Source: a virus. From it: a DNA stretch of 64,000 bases. Shown one piece after another: positions 37,965 through 47,465 of this stretch. The notes beneath the pieces are model-generated. The model was not told the DNA's origin. It searched no databases and saw only the letters and a program-made list of their open reading frames with translations. The stretch covers positions 1 to 64,000 of the IMG/VR virus record IMGVR_UViG_3300009168_000041. The stretch is one strand, 5' to 3'. The position numbers were made by a program, and so were the translations under genes. Positions within the stretch are counted from its first letter, which is position 1. Every line of letters starts with the position of its first letter.

Positions 37965-39293
37965 ATGGCGGACGCCGACTACGTAGAAGTCCATATCCAG
38001 TTCCCGCCCGCCGACACCGACGCCGTTAAGAATCGCCACATCAAAGCATGGGATGTGAACGCGGCCGAGGCGGGCACTGCTGGCCAGCCGTTCGTCAATA
38101 AGACGCTCGCCAACACCGTCAACTTCTACTCGTTCTCGTGCTTGAGTGGTGCCCGCATTCGCGTCGGCCAGTATGACGTAATGAACGGCGGTCGCGTGAC
38201 GGAGATGCACACGATCGAGTTCGGTGCCCATGCGGGGACGTGGGTGGAAACCGAATGGCTGTGGGTGAGCGACATCCAGGACCTCAGCGAATCGTCAAGC
38301 AGCACGTCCAGCACTTCCACCGCCGAGGTGAGCCGGTCGTCATCTTCCTCGACATCATCCAGTTCCAAGTCTACGGAATCGCTCAGCAGCTTCTCGTCGT
38401 CCACGGCTTCCACTGCATCCGTCACTTCGGAAAGCAGCCTGAGCACGACATCGACAAGCACGCTTGTTTCCACGTCTTCCACGAGCAGCAGCACGACATC
38501 GAGTTCCTCGTGGTCTTCGCCCAGCGTATCTACGCTATCGTCGCAAAGTGCGGCCAGCGAATCGTCGGCCAGCGAATCCAGCGAATCGTCAACCAGTTCG
38601 GCTAGCACGTCTTCTAGCAGCACGGCCGAAGCTTCCTGGTCGAGTTCCTCGACGACGAGCGGTTCTAGCAGCAGCACGTCAAGCGTTTCCACGACTTCTG
38701 GTAGCTCGTCTTCTAGCTCGTCCACGGTGGTGGCGTCCGGCTCGTCAAGTTCTACGTCAAGCAGCACCTCGTCTAGCACGTCCAGTAGCACGACGGAAAG
38801 CATTACCTCGGCTTCTTCGTTGAGCTACTCGACGGCAACTTCGTCTAGCACATCTTCGTCTAGCACGAGTGCATCTTCGCTGTCGAGCGCGTCTAGTGTT
38901 TCAGGTTCGTCGTCAAGCTCGAATAGCTCGTCTTCAACGGTTGTGGCTTCGTGGTCGTCAAGCAGCACATCAAGCAGTTCGTCGAAGAGTGAATCGTCGT
39001 CTTCGTCGAAGAGCGTATCGTCGTCTTCTTCCAATTCGGAAAGCTCAACCAGCACCGCCGGTGCTTCGTGGTCGTCTTCATCGTCGTCTAGCACGGCATC
39101 GGTTTCGAGTTCGTCCAGCAAATCTGTTTCGTCTTCCTCCACCTCAAGTTCGTCTAGCGCGTCGGTTTCGTCGTCGTCTTCCAAGTCGGTATCTTCTTCC
39201 TCGGCCTCTAGTTCCTCGACCGTCGAAATTTCGATGTCCAGTTCGTCCTCTACGTCTTCTTCCAGCACCAGTAGTTCGGAGAGCCAGGGATGA
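37965..39293 (+). CDS. Protein with ~105-aa beta domain and ~330-aa poly-Ser/Thr tail
   Basis: GGGAG RBS; Ser tract ~38286-39283; ATGA overlap with the prohead protease. Confidence 0.75.
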   Translation: MADADYVEVHIQFPPADTDAVKNRHIKAWDVNAAEAGTAGQPFVNKTLANTVNFYSFSCLSGARIRVGQYDVMNGGRVTEMHTIEFGAHAGTWVETEWLWVSDIQDLSESSSSTSSTSTAEVSRSSSSSTSSSSKSTESLSSFSSSTASTASVTSESSLSTTSTSTLVSTSSTSSSTTSSSSWSSPSVSTLSSQSAASESSASESSESSTSSASTSSSSTAEASWSSSSTTSGSSSSTSSVSTTSGSSSSSSSTVVASGSSSSTSSSTSSSTSSSTTESITSASSLSYSTATSSSTSSSSTSASSLSSASSVSGSSSSSNSSSSTVVASWSSSSTSSSSSKSESSSSSKSVSSSSSNSESSTSTAGASWSSSSSSSTASVSSSSSKSVSSSSTSSSSSASVSSSSSKSVSSSSASSSSTVEISMSSSSSTSSSSTSSSESQG

Positions 39294-41110
39294 GCCCAGA
39301 CGAATTGAACCTGAAGCTCGCCGATATTGTCCGCGGACGCACGGATCGCATGTCGCTCTATGGCTCGGGTATCCGGCTGGCCAGTGACTACGTTCGCGGG
39401 GTTCTGGACGCGGCTGGCAGCGACGGGGCGGTAGCGTTTCCGGACGCCGCTGGGATGGTAAAGGAAGCGGAAAACCGGCTCGTGTATCGCAATGACGATA
39501 TGGCTTACGAGCCGCCCATGACGAGCATGGGGGCCATCGCCGGGTACTGCAAAAGCATCGGGGTCGATACGCCGCCGCGGTGCCTCATGGTATTCGAGAA
39601 TATCGTCACTACCAGCAAGGAAGACAGGGACGGCGACATTCTTCGTAGCGAAGGGGCGATGGTTGACCCGCAAATGCCGCTGCTCTGGCACCACATGCTG
39701 CCGGCAATCGTTGGCAAGATGCTTTCGGTGCGGGAACAGAACAGCAACCACGTCCGCGTGGCGTCGGCCATCATGGAATCGCCGCTCGGGAACGACGTGG
39801 CCAACCTAATCGAGTTTGGGGCGTTGCGAATCAGCCACGGGTTCCGGCCTCTGGACTTCCGGCCGCGTGAAAAGGGACTGCGAAATACGCAAGTGCCACG
39901 AGGATACGACATCCGTTCATACGAAATGCTTGAGGAAAGCGTGGTTTCGGTGCCAAGCAACGTGGGGGGCGTTATCACCGCGTGGAGCCGCGGGAAGCTT
40001 TGCACCCCAATGGTCAAGGCGTGGGCAAAGTCGCTCAACGAATCGCGGCCAGACAAGGTGTATGCGGTGGGTGTCGCGATTGGTGGTGCGGCCAGCGTGG
40101 TTGGAATGTCCGCGCCTGACGCCAACATGCAATCGACAGACCAGGATGCCTACACGCTTGGCACGGTCACGATCCCGGTGAATCTGGAGATCAAAATGAG
40201 CCGCAAAAACGCAGACCCCACAGAACCCGACGGCCAGAAGCCGACGCCCACCGATGAAGACGTTCGCCTCGGGGCCGACGCCAAGCGGCAGAAGGAATCG
40301 GGCGACAACCCGCCGTCGTGGGCCGTGGATGAGGCGTTGTGGGAGCGTGCGAAGAAAGCGGCCGATAAGTCATACGACGAATCGGACGAGGCGTACTGGC
40401 CGGTGGTGGTCACCATCTACCGAAACATGGGCGGAACAATCCAGGGCGACGCCCAGAAGTCTGTTGAACCCGAACCCAAGCCGGCGGCCAAGCCGGAGGA
40501 GAAAGTCATGGACCCCGAAGTCAAAACCGCGCTCTCCTCCAAAGCGATGGGCACTGAACCGGATGAGGAGGGAGATGGCGAAGACACCGCCGAAGCCAAG
40601 TGCCCTGAGTGCGGCGAAACGGTAACACCCGATGCCGATGGCAAGTGCCCTGAGTGTGGGGCTGCGATGAAAAAGCCGGAAAGCAAGAGTGCCGAAAGCG
40701 ACGCGGAAAAGTCCCCGGCACCCCTGGCTGACAAAGCAGGCCGCGTACTCTCCACCGCCAACGAGGCCGCTATTCGCACCGCCGCTGCCGCCCTCCAAGC
40801 GGTTCTCGACCAGGTAGGCGAGCCCGAGAAACAGAAGCCCGGCGAGCCGCCGGCCACCGACAAGCCGGACGAACAGCCGCCACGCGAAGGGCCGCCGGTA
40901 GAACTCAACCTCCCTGACTCTTCGCTTTCGCTTCAAGCGGCGTGCCAGACGGTGGTAACAAAACTATTCGACTTGGACCCCGCAGACACGTCGGCCGAAG
41001 ACGTGAAGATCATGCGGCGAACCAACGAAGCACTCGGCTTGGCCTTGGAACAGGTCAATAGGGCGAAACGGCGGCGGGCCGTTGAGAAGGTATTTTCCCG
41101 TAAGCGGTAG
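39290..41110 (+). CDS. HK97-family prohead protease with long C-terminal extension
   Basis: DRDGDIL, PLLWHH, ISHGF, EESVVSVPSN; extension with LWERAK..YRNMGG, double CPECG and KAGRVLS motifs. Confidence 0.85.
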   Translation: MSPDELNLKLADIVRGRTDRMSLYGSGIRLASDYVRGVLDAAGSDGAVAFPDAAGMVKEAENRLVYRNDDMAYEPPMTSMGAIAGYCKSIGVDTPPRCLMVFENIVTTSKEDRDGDILRSEGAMVDPQMPLLWHHMLPAIVGKMLSVREQNSNHVRVASAIMESPLGNDVANLIEFGALRISHGFRPLDFRPREKGLRNTQVPRGYDIRSYEMLEESVVSVPSNVGGVITAWSRGKLCTPMVKAWAKSLNESRPDKVYAVGVAIGGAASVVGMSAPDANMQSTDQDAYTLGTVTIPVNLEIKMSRKNADPTEPDGQKPTPTDEDVRLGADAKRQKESGDNPPSWAVDEALWERAKKAADKSYDESDEAYWPVVVTIYRNMGGTIQGDAQKSVEPEPKPAAKPEEKVMDPEVKTALSSKAMGTEPDEEGDGEDTAEAKCPECGETVTPDADGKCPECGAAMKKPESKSAESDAEKSPAPLADKAGRVLSTANEAAIRTAAAALQAVLDQVGEPEKQKPGEPPATDKPDEQPPREGPPVELNLPDSSLSLQAACQTVVTKLFDLDPADTSAEDVKIMRRTNEALGLALEQVNRAKRRRAVEKVFSRKR

Positions 41111-41170
41111 TGCCGCCGTTGGCACCACCGAACACCAGCCTCGTGTAACCGTGTAACAAGGATCGAAACT

Positions 41171-42799
41171 ATGAATCTCACGACCAACCTGAAGGGCTGG
41201 CTTGCGGAGAACTGCCAAGTTCCGGCAACGGCCAGCGACGAAGAGTTCAAGAAGGCCGCCAGCCTGGCGATCTTCGATGACAAGCTTTCCGCTACCAAAC
41301 TCGCCGAACTCACCGAGGAAGGCGGGCCGGACGCGGCCGACGTGATTGGGCAGGCACTCGCCAAGGCCCTGGCCCCGATTACCCAGAAAATGGCTTCCCT
41401 GGAAGAGCGGCAGTCGCAACTCCAGAACGCCGGGGCCCTCGGCTCCGCCCTGGAATCGGCCATTACCAACGTCAAGCCGACGGTCAGCGGCGAGCCCGAC
41501 AAGGTGCCGTCCAGCACCCGGGCGGCGCAACTGTTCGGGGCCGCCGACCCGCAAGTCCGCGTCAAGTCGCCGATGGAGCGGTACAGCCATACCAAGTCGA
41601 TGCTGACGTACCCCGACCGGGACAAGCACGGCCGCCCGCACCCGAAGGCCGGGCTGCCCATTTCCATGCCGAACGCCTTCAACAGTTCTTTCGAGACCAT
41701 CGCCCAGGATGAGACGGCGATTATCGGCGCGTTCGTCAAGTGGTCGGCGAACATGGGCGGCAAGGGCGTTTGCCCGCACCCGCTGCTTCGCATGACGGAG
41801 CACGACCAGCAACTGATGGAATACGCGATGCACGAGATGCCCTGGACGGGCTACCTCAACGCCTCGGGCCGAAACGAGATCGAGTTGACCGGAGAGAAGC
41901 TGACCGACTTCCAGCGGAAGACGCTGCTTGACGATTCCACGTCCGGCGGCCTGGAAGCCGTGCCCGTTGTCGTGGACCTCGCCCTGATTACCACGCCGGT
42001 TCTCTTCGGCGAACTGTTTCCCCTGGTTGAGGTGGTGCCGATTCCTCGGGGCCGCCGGATCGAGGGGGCCAGCATCGGCAACATCTCGTGGACCTCGGGC
42101 ACCGCCGAGGGCACGAGCATCACGCCGTTCAACACGGCGTCGATGATCGCGGCGTTCGACAACACCGTCTATCCCGTGGTTGCGGCCATCGAAGTCGGAA
42201 ACGACTTCCAAGAGGATTCGCCGTTCTCTATCGGCCAGACGATCATCAGCAAGGCCGGCGAGAAGCACATGGAATGGCTTGACAACCAGATCGCCAACGG
42301 CGACGGCACGACTGAGCCGCAAGGCATTTTCAACGCCAGCGGCACGACCGACATCGGCAACCCGTCCGGCGGGGCCGGCGCGGCGGCCACGATCACCGAC
42401 TACGAGAACCTGCTGTTTGGGATCTCGAAGGCGTATCGCAACACCCCGCAAGACCGGGCCCGCACCGTGTACATCGCCAACGACACGTCTTACAAGCGTG
42501 CCCGCGCGATCTACGTCGGGGCTGCCGACGCCCGGCGTCTGTTCGGAACGGACTACCAGAGCTACATGCTCGGGGACGTGCCGTTCAAGGTTCAGAACGA
42601 CATCGACAACGCCTACGCGGCGTGCTGCAATCTCCGCTACTACCGCATGTATCGCCGGCAAGGCGTACAGGTGGTGACGGAGACCGGCGGCCGGACGCTG
42701 CAGCTCCAGAATCTCACCCTCATCGTCATGCGGGCTCGCTGGGCTGGAAAGCTGACGCTGGGCGGGGCCTGCGCGTATTCCGACAACTGGCAGGCGTAA
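41171..42799 (+). CDS. Major capsid protein (HK97 fold) with N-terminal scaffold domain
   Basis: Follows the protease; SGGLEAVP and NGDGTTEPQGI motifs; strong C/G-ending codon bias. Confidence 0.88.
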   Translation: MNLTTNLKGWLAENCQVPATASDEEFKKAASLAIFDDKLSATKLAELTEEGGPDAADVIGQALAKALAPITQKMASLEERQSQLQNAGALGSALESAITNVKPTVSGEPDKVPSSTRAAQLFGAADPQVRVKSPMERYSHTKSMLTYPDRDKHGRPHPKAGLPISMPNAFNSSFETIAQDETAIIGAFVKWSANMGGKGVCPHPLLRMTEHDQQLMEYAMHEMPWTGYLNASGRNEIELTGEKLTDFQRKTLLDDSTSGGLEAVPVVVDLALITTPVLFGELFPLVEVVPIPRGRRIEGASIGNISWTSGTAEGTSITPFNTASMIAAFDNTVYPVVAAIEVGNDFQEDSPFSIGQTIISKAGEKHMEWLDNQIANGDGTTEPQGIFNASGTTDIGNPSGGAGAAATITDYENLLFGISKAYRNTPQDRARTVYIANDTSYKRARAIYVGAADARRLFGTDYQSYMLGDVPFKVQNDIDNAYAACCNLRYYRMYRRQGVQVVTETGGRTLQLQNLTLIVMRARWAGKLTLGGACAYSDNWQA

Positions 42800-42850
42800 C
42801 CCATCGGATAGGCCGTGACGCACAAGCATTGCGGCCAGAAAGGAAATGCT

Positions 42851-43243
42851 ATGGCCAGAATGAACCGTTCTCTGCTGCCTGCCGAAGTGGTTGTCGAACT
42901 CACCGGGGCCCGACAGCAGAGTTTTCTATTCAGTCCGCTTGGCCGCAACTTGCGCAGCCGCGGCACGGTGAAGATCGCCGGCAGCCCGCTTCCCGGAATG
43001 TATCTGGCGTTTGATTTCGATAGGAAGGTGGTCCGCGTTTTGGAGCCGCTTTCCTACATCGACACAGCGCCGCGGATACGCGATGCCAGTGGGCAGTTGG
43101 TTGTCCAAGCGTATGTTCAACCGCAGCACGCCTATGACAAACTGAGCCCTGCGGACTTCGCTGACTTGGCGGCAACGGTCGCCGGACTGGTCAGCGGCGG
43201 CGAGGCTCGTTACGTCCAAGGCAAGTTCCCAGACAACCCCTAA
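42851..43243 (+). CDS. Hypothetical virion-associated protein, paralog A
   Basis: LFSPLGRNLRSR, PLPGMYLA, EPLS shared with the next gene. Confidence 0.5.
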   Translation: MARMNRSLLPAEVVVELTGARQQSFLFSPLGRNLRSRGTVKIAGSPLPGMYLAFDFDRKVVRVLEPLSYIDTAPRIRDASGQLVVQAYVQPQHAYDKLSPADFADLAATVAGLVSGGEARYVQGKFPDNP

Positions 43244-43363
43244 CAACCCCAGAGGGATCTGTCGTTTCGTTTCTCCTGTGTCAACCCGCCCGGGTGCCCC
43301 ACAGCCCGCGGCCCCGGGCGGGCGATTTGAATTGCTAGCGGGCCACAATCGAGGGCTTTTTCG

Positions 43364-43963
43364 ATGGCTAGACTACGTGACTTCAACAACAGTGAAATCG
43401 TTATCGAGGTCGGCACCGACCGAAACAGCAATGTGCTGTTCACGCCGCTCGATACCGTGCTGCGGGGCCGCTGGGTGCGGTCTAACACGCGGCTGAGCTT
43501 CTCGCCCGACTCGGGCTACAACCAACTGCCAGACGTGCCCGGCATCTATGTGGCGCTGGACATCAAGAGCGGCACGCTTCGGGGCGTCGATCCGTTGTCC
43601 CTGGATGAAAACAAGGACTTGATGGCCAAGGTGGCGGCGGCGGCGTTACACGACCAGGGCCCAGTCGGGCCGTGGACGGAGATTAAGAAACGCGGCCTGT
43701 CGCCTACCAAGATCAAGAGCGCCTTGTGGCGGATGCACGAATTGGTCGAGGGCAATAAGGCCCGCGTTGTGCGTGGCGAGATGCCCAAGCCGCAAGATAT
43801 CCTCGCGATGGATGGTGAGCTTGAGCTTCGCACCGGGCCGATTCGCATCGTGGACGCCGATCCGGAAACCGGCAAGACGCTGACGGCGTTCGCAACGCCG
43901 CAAGAGTTGGATTCAATCAAGGCGAGCCTCGCGTCACGGGCGGGCGCGGGCGCGAGTGCCTGA
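43364..43963 (+). CDS. Hypothetical virion-associated protein, paralog B
   Basis: LFTPLDTVLRGR, DVPGIYVA, DPLS. Confidence 0.55.
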   Translation: MARLRDFNNSEIVIEVGTDRNSNVLFTPLDTVLRGRWVRSNTRLSFSPDSGYNQLPDVPGIYVALDIKSGTLRGVDPLSLDENKDLMAKVAAAALHDQGPVGPWTEIKKRGLSPTKIKSALWRMHELVEGNKARVVRGEMPKPQDILAMDGELELRTGPIRIVDADPETGKTLTAFATPQELDSIKASLASRAGAGASA

Positions 43964-43992
43964 GCAAGCACCATCGTCTCGCCCTCGATGGT

Positions 43993-44042
43993 CGCCGGCT
44001 GTGCCCGGCCGGGATGTTACCGGCCGGGCCCCGGCGTTTTTT
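43993..44042 (+). terminator. Rho-independent terminator
   Basis: GCCCGGCCGG / CCGGCCGGGC stem, outer CGCCGG/CCGGCG pairing, then TTTTTT. Confidence 0.7.
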
Positions 44043-44096
44043 CTAATGTGAAATGCTGGCGTGAAAGAAATACTAGCGTGAAATAGGAGAGTAGAG

Positions 44097-44309
44097 GTGG
44101 AACAGACGCTTTGTTGGTCGCCGCTAGAACCGCTGGCTGGAATGTCGGGGCCGTCGGGTATGCCGAGGCGGTCGAGCAATCCGTGTGAGAAGCAATGCCC
44201 GGAGTGCGGCGGGAACGGCCGAATCAAAATGCAGACGACCAAGGGGCTTGAGTACGAGTCGCGTTGTCCGGCGTGTAACGGGCGGGGGTATGGGTTTGCA
44301 ACGAAGTAA
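44097..44309 (+). CDS. Small DnaJ-type zinc-finger protein
   Basis: CPECGGNG and CPACNGRG. Confidence 0.5.
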   Translation: MEQTLCWSPLEPLAGMSGPSGMPRRSSNPCEKQCPECGGNGRIKMQTTKGLEYESRCPACNGRGYGFATK

Positions 44310-44413
44310 CTGCTTTCGCATTGCTCAATAGCAACGGCGATGCAGTGGTCGAAACCCTGGCTGGAATGGCATTAGACAATAACAGACGAGGCTACCAGTG
44401 GGAGGGTGGCCGC

Positions 44414-44869
44414 ATGAGAATGCAAACCATGACAAAACTGGCGTTGATGGGATTTCTGGGGTTCTGCGCACTACTATCTGGCAGCGCTACATGGATGACG
44501 GTGTTCGCACAGGCCCCGACTCCAGCCCCAACACAAACTGATCCCCTCACGGATCACATCTTCACGCCGATGATGCAGCTTGGATTCGCGATGGCGTTCG
44601 TCATGGCGATGGGCTTCCTTTGGTGGCTCATGCGGGCGCGTCGTGACGACTGGAATTCGTGGCACCAGAGCGATCTGGGCCTGATGAATAAGATGACCGA
44701 TGTGATCGTGAAAAACACGGAGGCTAACGTCAGTCACACGAGTTCAACTCTGGAGCTTGCCCGTCGGCTTGCCGAGTTCGGCGCGGTGCTTCAGGAACTG
44801 AATAAGGAACTGCTGTCTCGGCCGTGCTTGTTGCCGCAGAGTCATTCAGTAAGGCGTGGCGAGGAATAG
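44414..44869 (+). CDS. Holin-like membrane protein
   Basis: Two hydrophobic helices then a coiled coil (VIVKNTEA). Confidence 0.45.
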   Translation: MRMQTMTKLALMGFLGFCALLSGSATWMTVFAQAPTPAPTQTDPLTDHIFTPMMQLGFAMAFVMAMGFLWWLMRARRDDWNSWHQSDLGLMNKMTDVIVKNTEANVSHTSSTLELARRLAEFGAVLQELNKELLSRPCLLPQSHSVRRGEE

Positions 44870-44885
44870 TAGAGGGCAATAGGAC

Positions 44886-45656
44886 GTGATTGTTTCCGAC
44901 ACTGACGCAATTGCTTACTGCGGGTGCGACTCGGGCGACCCCGTATTGCCGATGCTCCACCTTGGCGTGGAGAAGGCTATCAAGCAGTTCCTTCGATGGA
45001 ACCCAGTCTATACGTCCTACACGGAATACTACCCGAAGGGCGAGCCGGGCGGGGCCGATGATGAGTTTGTCGAAAACTATGGCAGCATCCCGCGGCGCGG
45101 CGGCGTCGGGGACACGCTCCAATTGCAGCAGAAGTTCGTCCGCAAGACGCCCATGCGGGTATTCGAGCAATCGGGGGCGTGGTTTGGACAGGCTACCGAT
45201 GCCGACTTTGATGCCAACGAACTCACCTACGGTGAGCAATGGGTATTAGAGTTGGATGACGAAAGCGGCATGGTCAGCCGCTCTGGCAAGATCATTCGCG
45301 TCGGGCGGCAGCAGTGGCCGAAGAGCCGCGGGTCAGTGAAGGTGGTTTACGTGGCCGGGTTCAGCGACAACGAATTCAAGGGTACGACGGGCGGCGACGA
45401 TTACACAGACGCCAGCGATATCCGGCTGGCTGTCTTGAATACGCTTGGCAAGTGCTACAACGAAGCCAAGATGCACCAGTACCGGCAGAGCACCGGGCGG
45501 CCGGGCGGCCTGGTGGCAAGTGAGTCGATCCCCGGTTACTCGTATTCGATGCCGGCCGACGTGGCAATGGCGATGGCCGGCAACTTGCGAGTGCTGACGC
45601 CGCTAGCAATGGACCTATTGCAGCCGTACCGGCGGTATGGGGATTTGCTGGGGTAA
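44886..45656 (+). CDS. Head-tail adaptor (gp6-like)
   Basis: GSVKVVYVAGF, SESIPGYSYS, LLQPYRR; position. Confidence 0.75.
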   Translation: MIVSDTDAIAYCGCDSGDPVLPMLHLGVEKAIKQFLRWNPVYTSYTEYYPKGEPGGADDEFVENYGSIPRRGGVGDTLQLQQKFVRKTPMRVFEQSGAWFGQATDADFDANELTYGEQWVLELDDESGMVSRSGKIIRVGRQQWPKSRGSVKVVYVAGFSDNEFKGTTGGDDYTDASDIRLAVLNTLGKCYNEAKMHQYRQSTGRPGGLVASESIPGYSYSMPADVAMAMAGNLRVLTPLAMDLLQPYRRYGDLLG

Positions 45657-45702
45657 GACAAAGCTTTTAGGTGGTGGCTGGTTGTGACTGAGTGAGCAAA
45701 CC

Positions 45703-46047
45703 ATGAGCCTCGAATCACTCTGCGAACGTGACGAGATTGTCGTGTTCACCACCACGACCGCGCAAGACGACATGATGAGCAACGTGGACTCGAAATCGTC
45801 CAAACGCCGTAAGTTGAAGTGCCGCATGACGCAAGTGGCCCGCGACGCCGAGAACAACCACGATATGCCGATGATGTCGGAAGTCTACAACGCGATGTTT
45901 GCGGGCGACCCGAAAATCACGATTAACGATACCGTCGTGTACGACAACAAGGTATTCAGCGTCGAGGCGGCCGGCAACAGTGCCGAGCAAAGCTGGCTCT
46001 GGACGGTGCAATTGGCCCATAAACCCGGATTGCAGATTGATGTGTGA
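45703..46047 (+). CDS. Head-closure protein
   Basis: Size, beta-rich character and position after the adaptor. Confidence 0.6.
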   Translation: MSLESLCERDEIVVFTTTTAQDDMMSNVDSKSSKRRKLKCRMTQVARDAENNHDMPMMSEVYNAMFAGDPKITINDTVVYDNKVFSVEAAGNSAEQSWLWTVQLAHKPGLQIDV

Positions 46048-46058
46048 GAACGTGAACA

Positions 46059-46943
46059 GTGGCCAACATCGTATGGCATGGTGCGGCAGTACAGAAAGAG
46101 TTGCGGCAACTCGCGTGGAAGCGGGTGCGGGCGGCCGGTGCGTATTTGAAGGCCAAAACGCAACGGAACGTCAGCATCCCGACCAAGGCGTATGGGCCGT
46201 CGAAGCCGGGCGAGTTTCCGCACGTCATTACCGGAACGTTGCGACGGTCGATTTTCCTTCGCAATCGCCAAGACGCTATTGCGGTGGATGTTGGGACGAA
46301 ATTGAGCTACGGCATTCATTGGGAGGTGACCAACCGGCCGTATATCCGTCGGACGATGGCGGAAGAACTGGCCACGATTCGCGGGATCCTCGATGGAACC
46401 GTGACGCGGACGATTGAGGATGTGCGGGCCGAAGCGGCGGAGATGAAAGAGGCCCACGCGGCGGCCAAACAGCGAATCCAAGAGAAGCGAGAAGCAAAAC
46501 GGGCCCAAAAGAAAGAGAAGAAGTGGGCCCGCCGCGTGCGAGCCAAGACGGAAAAGGCCATGAAAAGGACGGCTGTCAAGGCTAGGCAGAAGAAGCGGGC
46601 CGAAAAAGAGAAGGCCGAAAAGCGATCTAAAGTGAGGGCGAAGAAGGTGAAAACACTGAGGCGGCGGGACAAGGAGCGGGCAGCGAAGCAAGAGAAACGG
46701 GAACGGGCAACCGTAAAACGCATTGCCAAACAGGCCAAGGCGGAAGCACGAAAGGCAACGGCCATTATCAAGGCTCGATTCAAGCCAGCAACCAAAGCGT
46801 CGCTGGCACGATCGCTGAAAGAAGCCAAGGCCAAATCTCTTGCTAAAGCGGTCAGCAAGGCGGCAACCGCAGCCAAGGGGGCCATTGCAATGGGACAAGC
46901 CATCGGGCAGGCAAAGGGTGGAACACAGCAAGAATCTCAATAG
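46059..46943 (+). CDS. HK97 gp10-like neck/tail-completion protein with long K/R/A-rich extension
   Basis: PSKPGEFPHVITGTLRRSI, RPYIR; ~180-aa basic tail. Confidence 0.7.
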   Translation: MANIVWHGAAVQKELRQLAWKRVRAAGAYLKAKTQRNVSIPTKAYGPSKPGEFPHVITGTLRRSIFLRNRQDAIAVDVGTKLSYGIHWEVTNRPYIRRTMAEELATIRGILDGTVTRTIEDVRAEAAEMKEAHAAAKQRIQEKREAKRAQKKEKKWARRVRAKTEKAMKRTAVKARQKKRAEKEKAEKRSKVRAKKVKTLRRRDKERAAKQEKRERATVKRIAKQAKAEARKATAIIKARFKPATKASLARSLKEAKAKSLAKAVSKAATAAKGAIAMGQAIGQAKGGTQQESQ

Positions 46944-47010
46944 GAGTCACCGCTAACTGAACAGGGCCCGCCACCGGGCCTGATTACGTAGCGACCTTCG
47001 GAGCCGCGAC

Positions 47011-47454
47011 ATGTTGGGCGAATTGCTCAAGGCCATCAAGATACGGTGGACCGCTAAAGGTCTAGCATCGACGTTTCCCGGCGGAATTTCCGAGGGGACG
47101 CCGGTGCCGGGGTCCGCAACATCGTGGCCGTTCGTTACCGTGAACATCTTGGGTTCGTCCAACACCGGCCGCCGCACCTCCTCGAACTCCACTCAATTCA
47201 ACCAGGAAGAGACTGTCACCGTCGAATTGATAGTCCATTCTCGCGGCGGGCTCTCTGCCGCTTCCACGCTATCCGAAGCGCTCAAGACGGCATTCGACAA
47301 TGCCGTCATGACGTTGGCTAGTGGCGTGACACTCTGCAAATTCTGGTACCAGGGCGAGATGGTCGTGGACGATCCGGACCACGCGAACGTGAAGGACTGG
47401 TCGATCACCTACCAGGCAGTTTTGGAACAAGCCAAGACGCTGGTGAATACATAG
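47011..47454 (+). CDS. Tail terminator protein
   Basis: WPFVTV motif, size and position. Confidence 0.6.
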   Translation: MLGELLKAIKIRWTAKGLASTFPGGISEGTPVPGSATSWPFVTVNILGSSNTGRRTSSNSTQFNQEETVTVELIVHSRGGLSAASTLSEALKTAFDNAVMTLASGVTLCKFWYQGEMVVDDPDHANVKDWSITYQAVLEQAKTLVNT

Positions 47455-47465
47455 GAGCCTGCCGC

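Noticed and set aside
40964-42829. 621-aa minus-strand ORF
   Set aside because: Antisense to the strongly codon-biased major capsid gene; no motifs.
45885-46940. Long hydrophobic minus-strand ORFs
   Set aside because: Shadows of the K/R/A-rich gp10-like gene.
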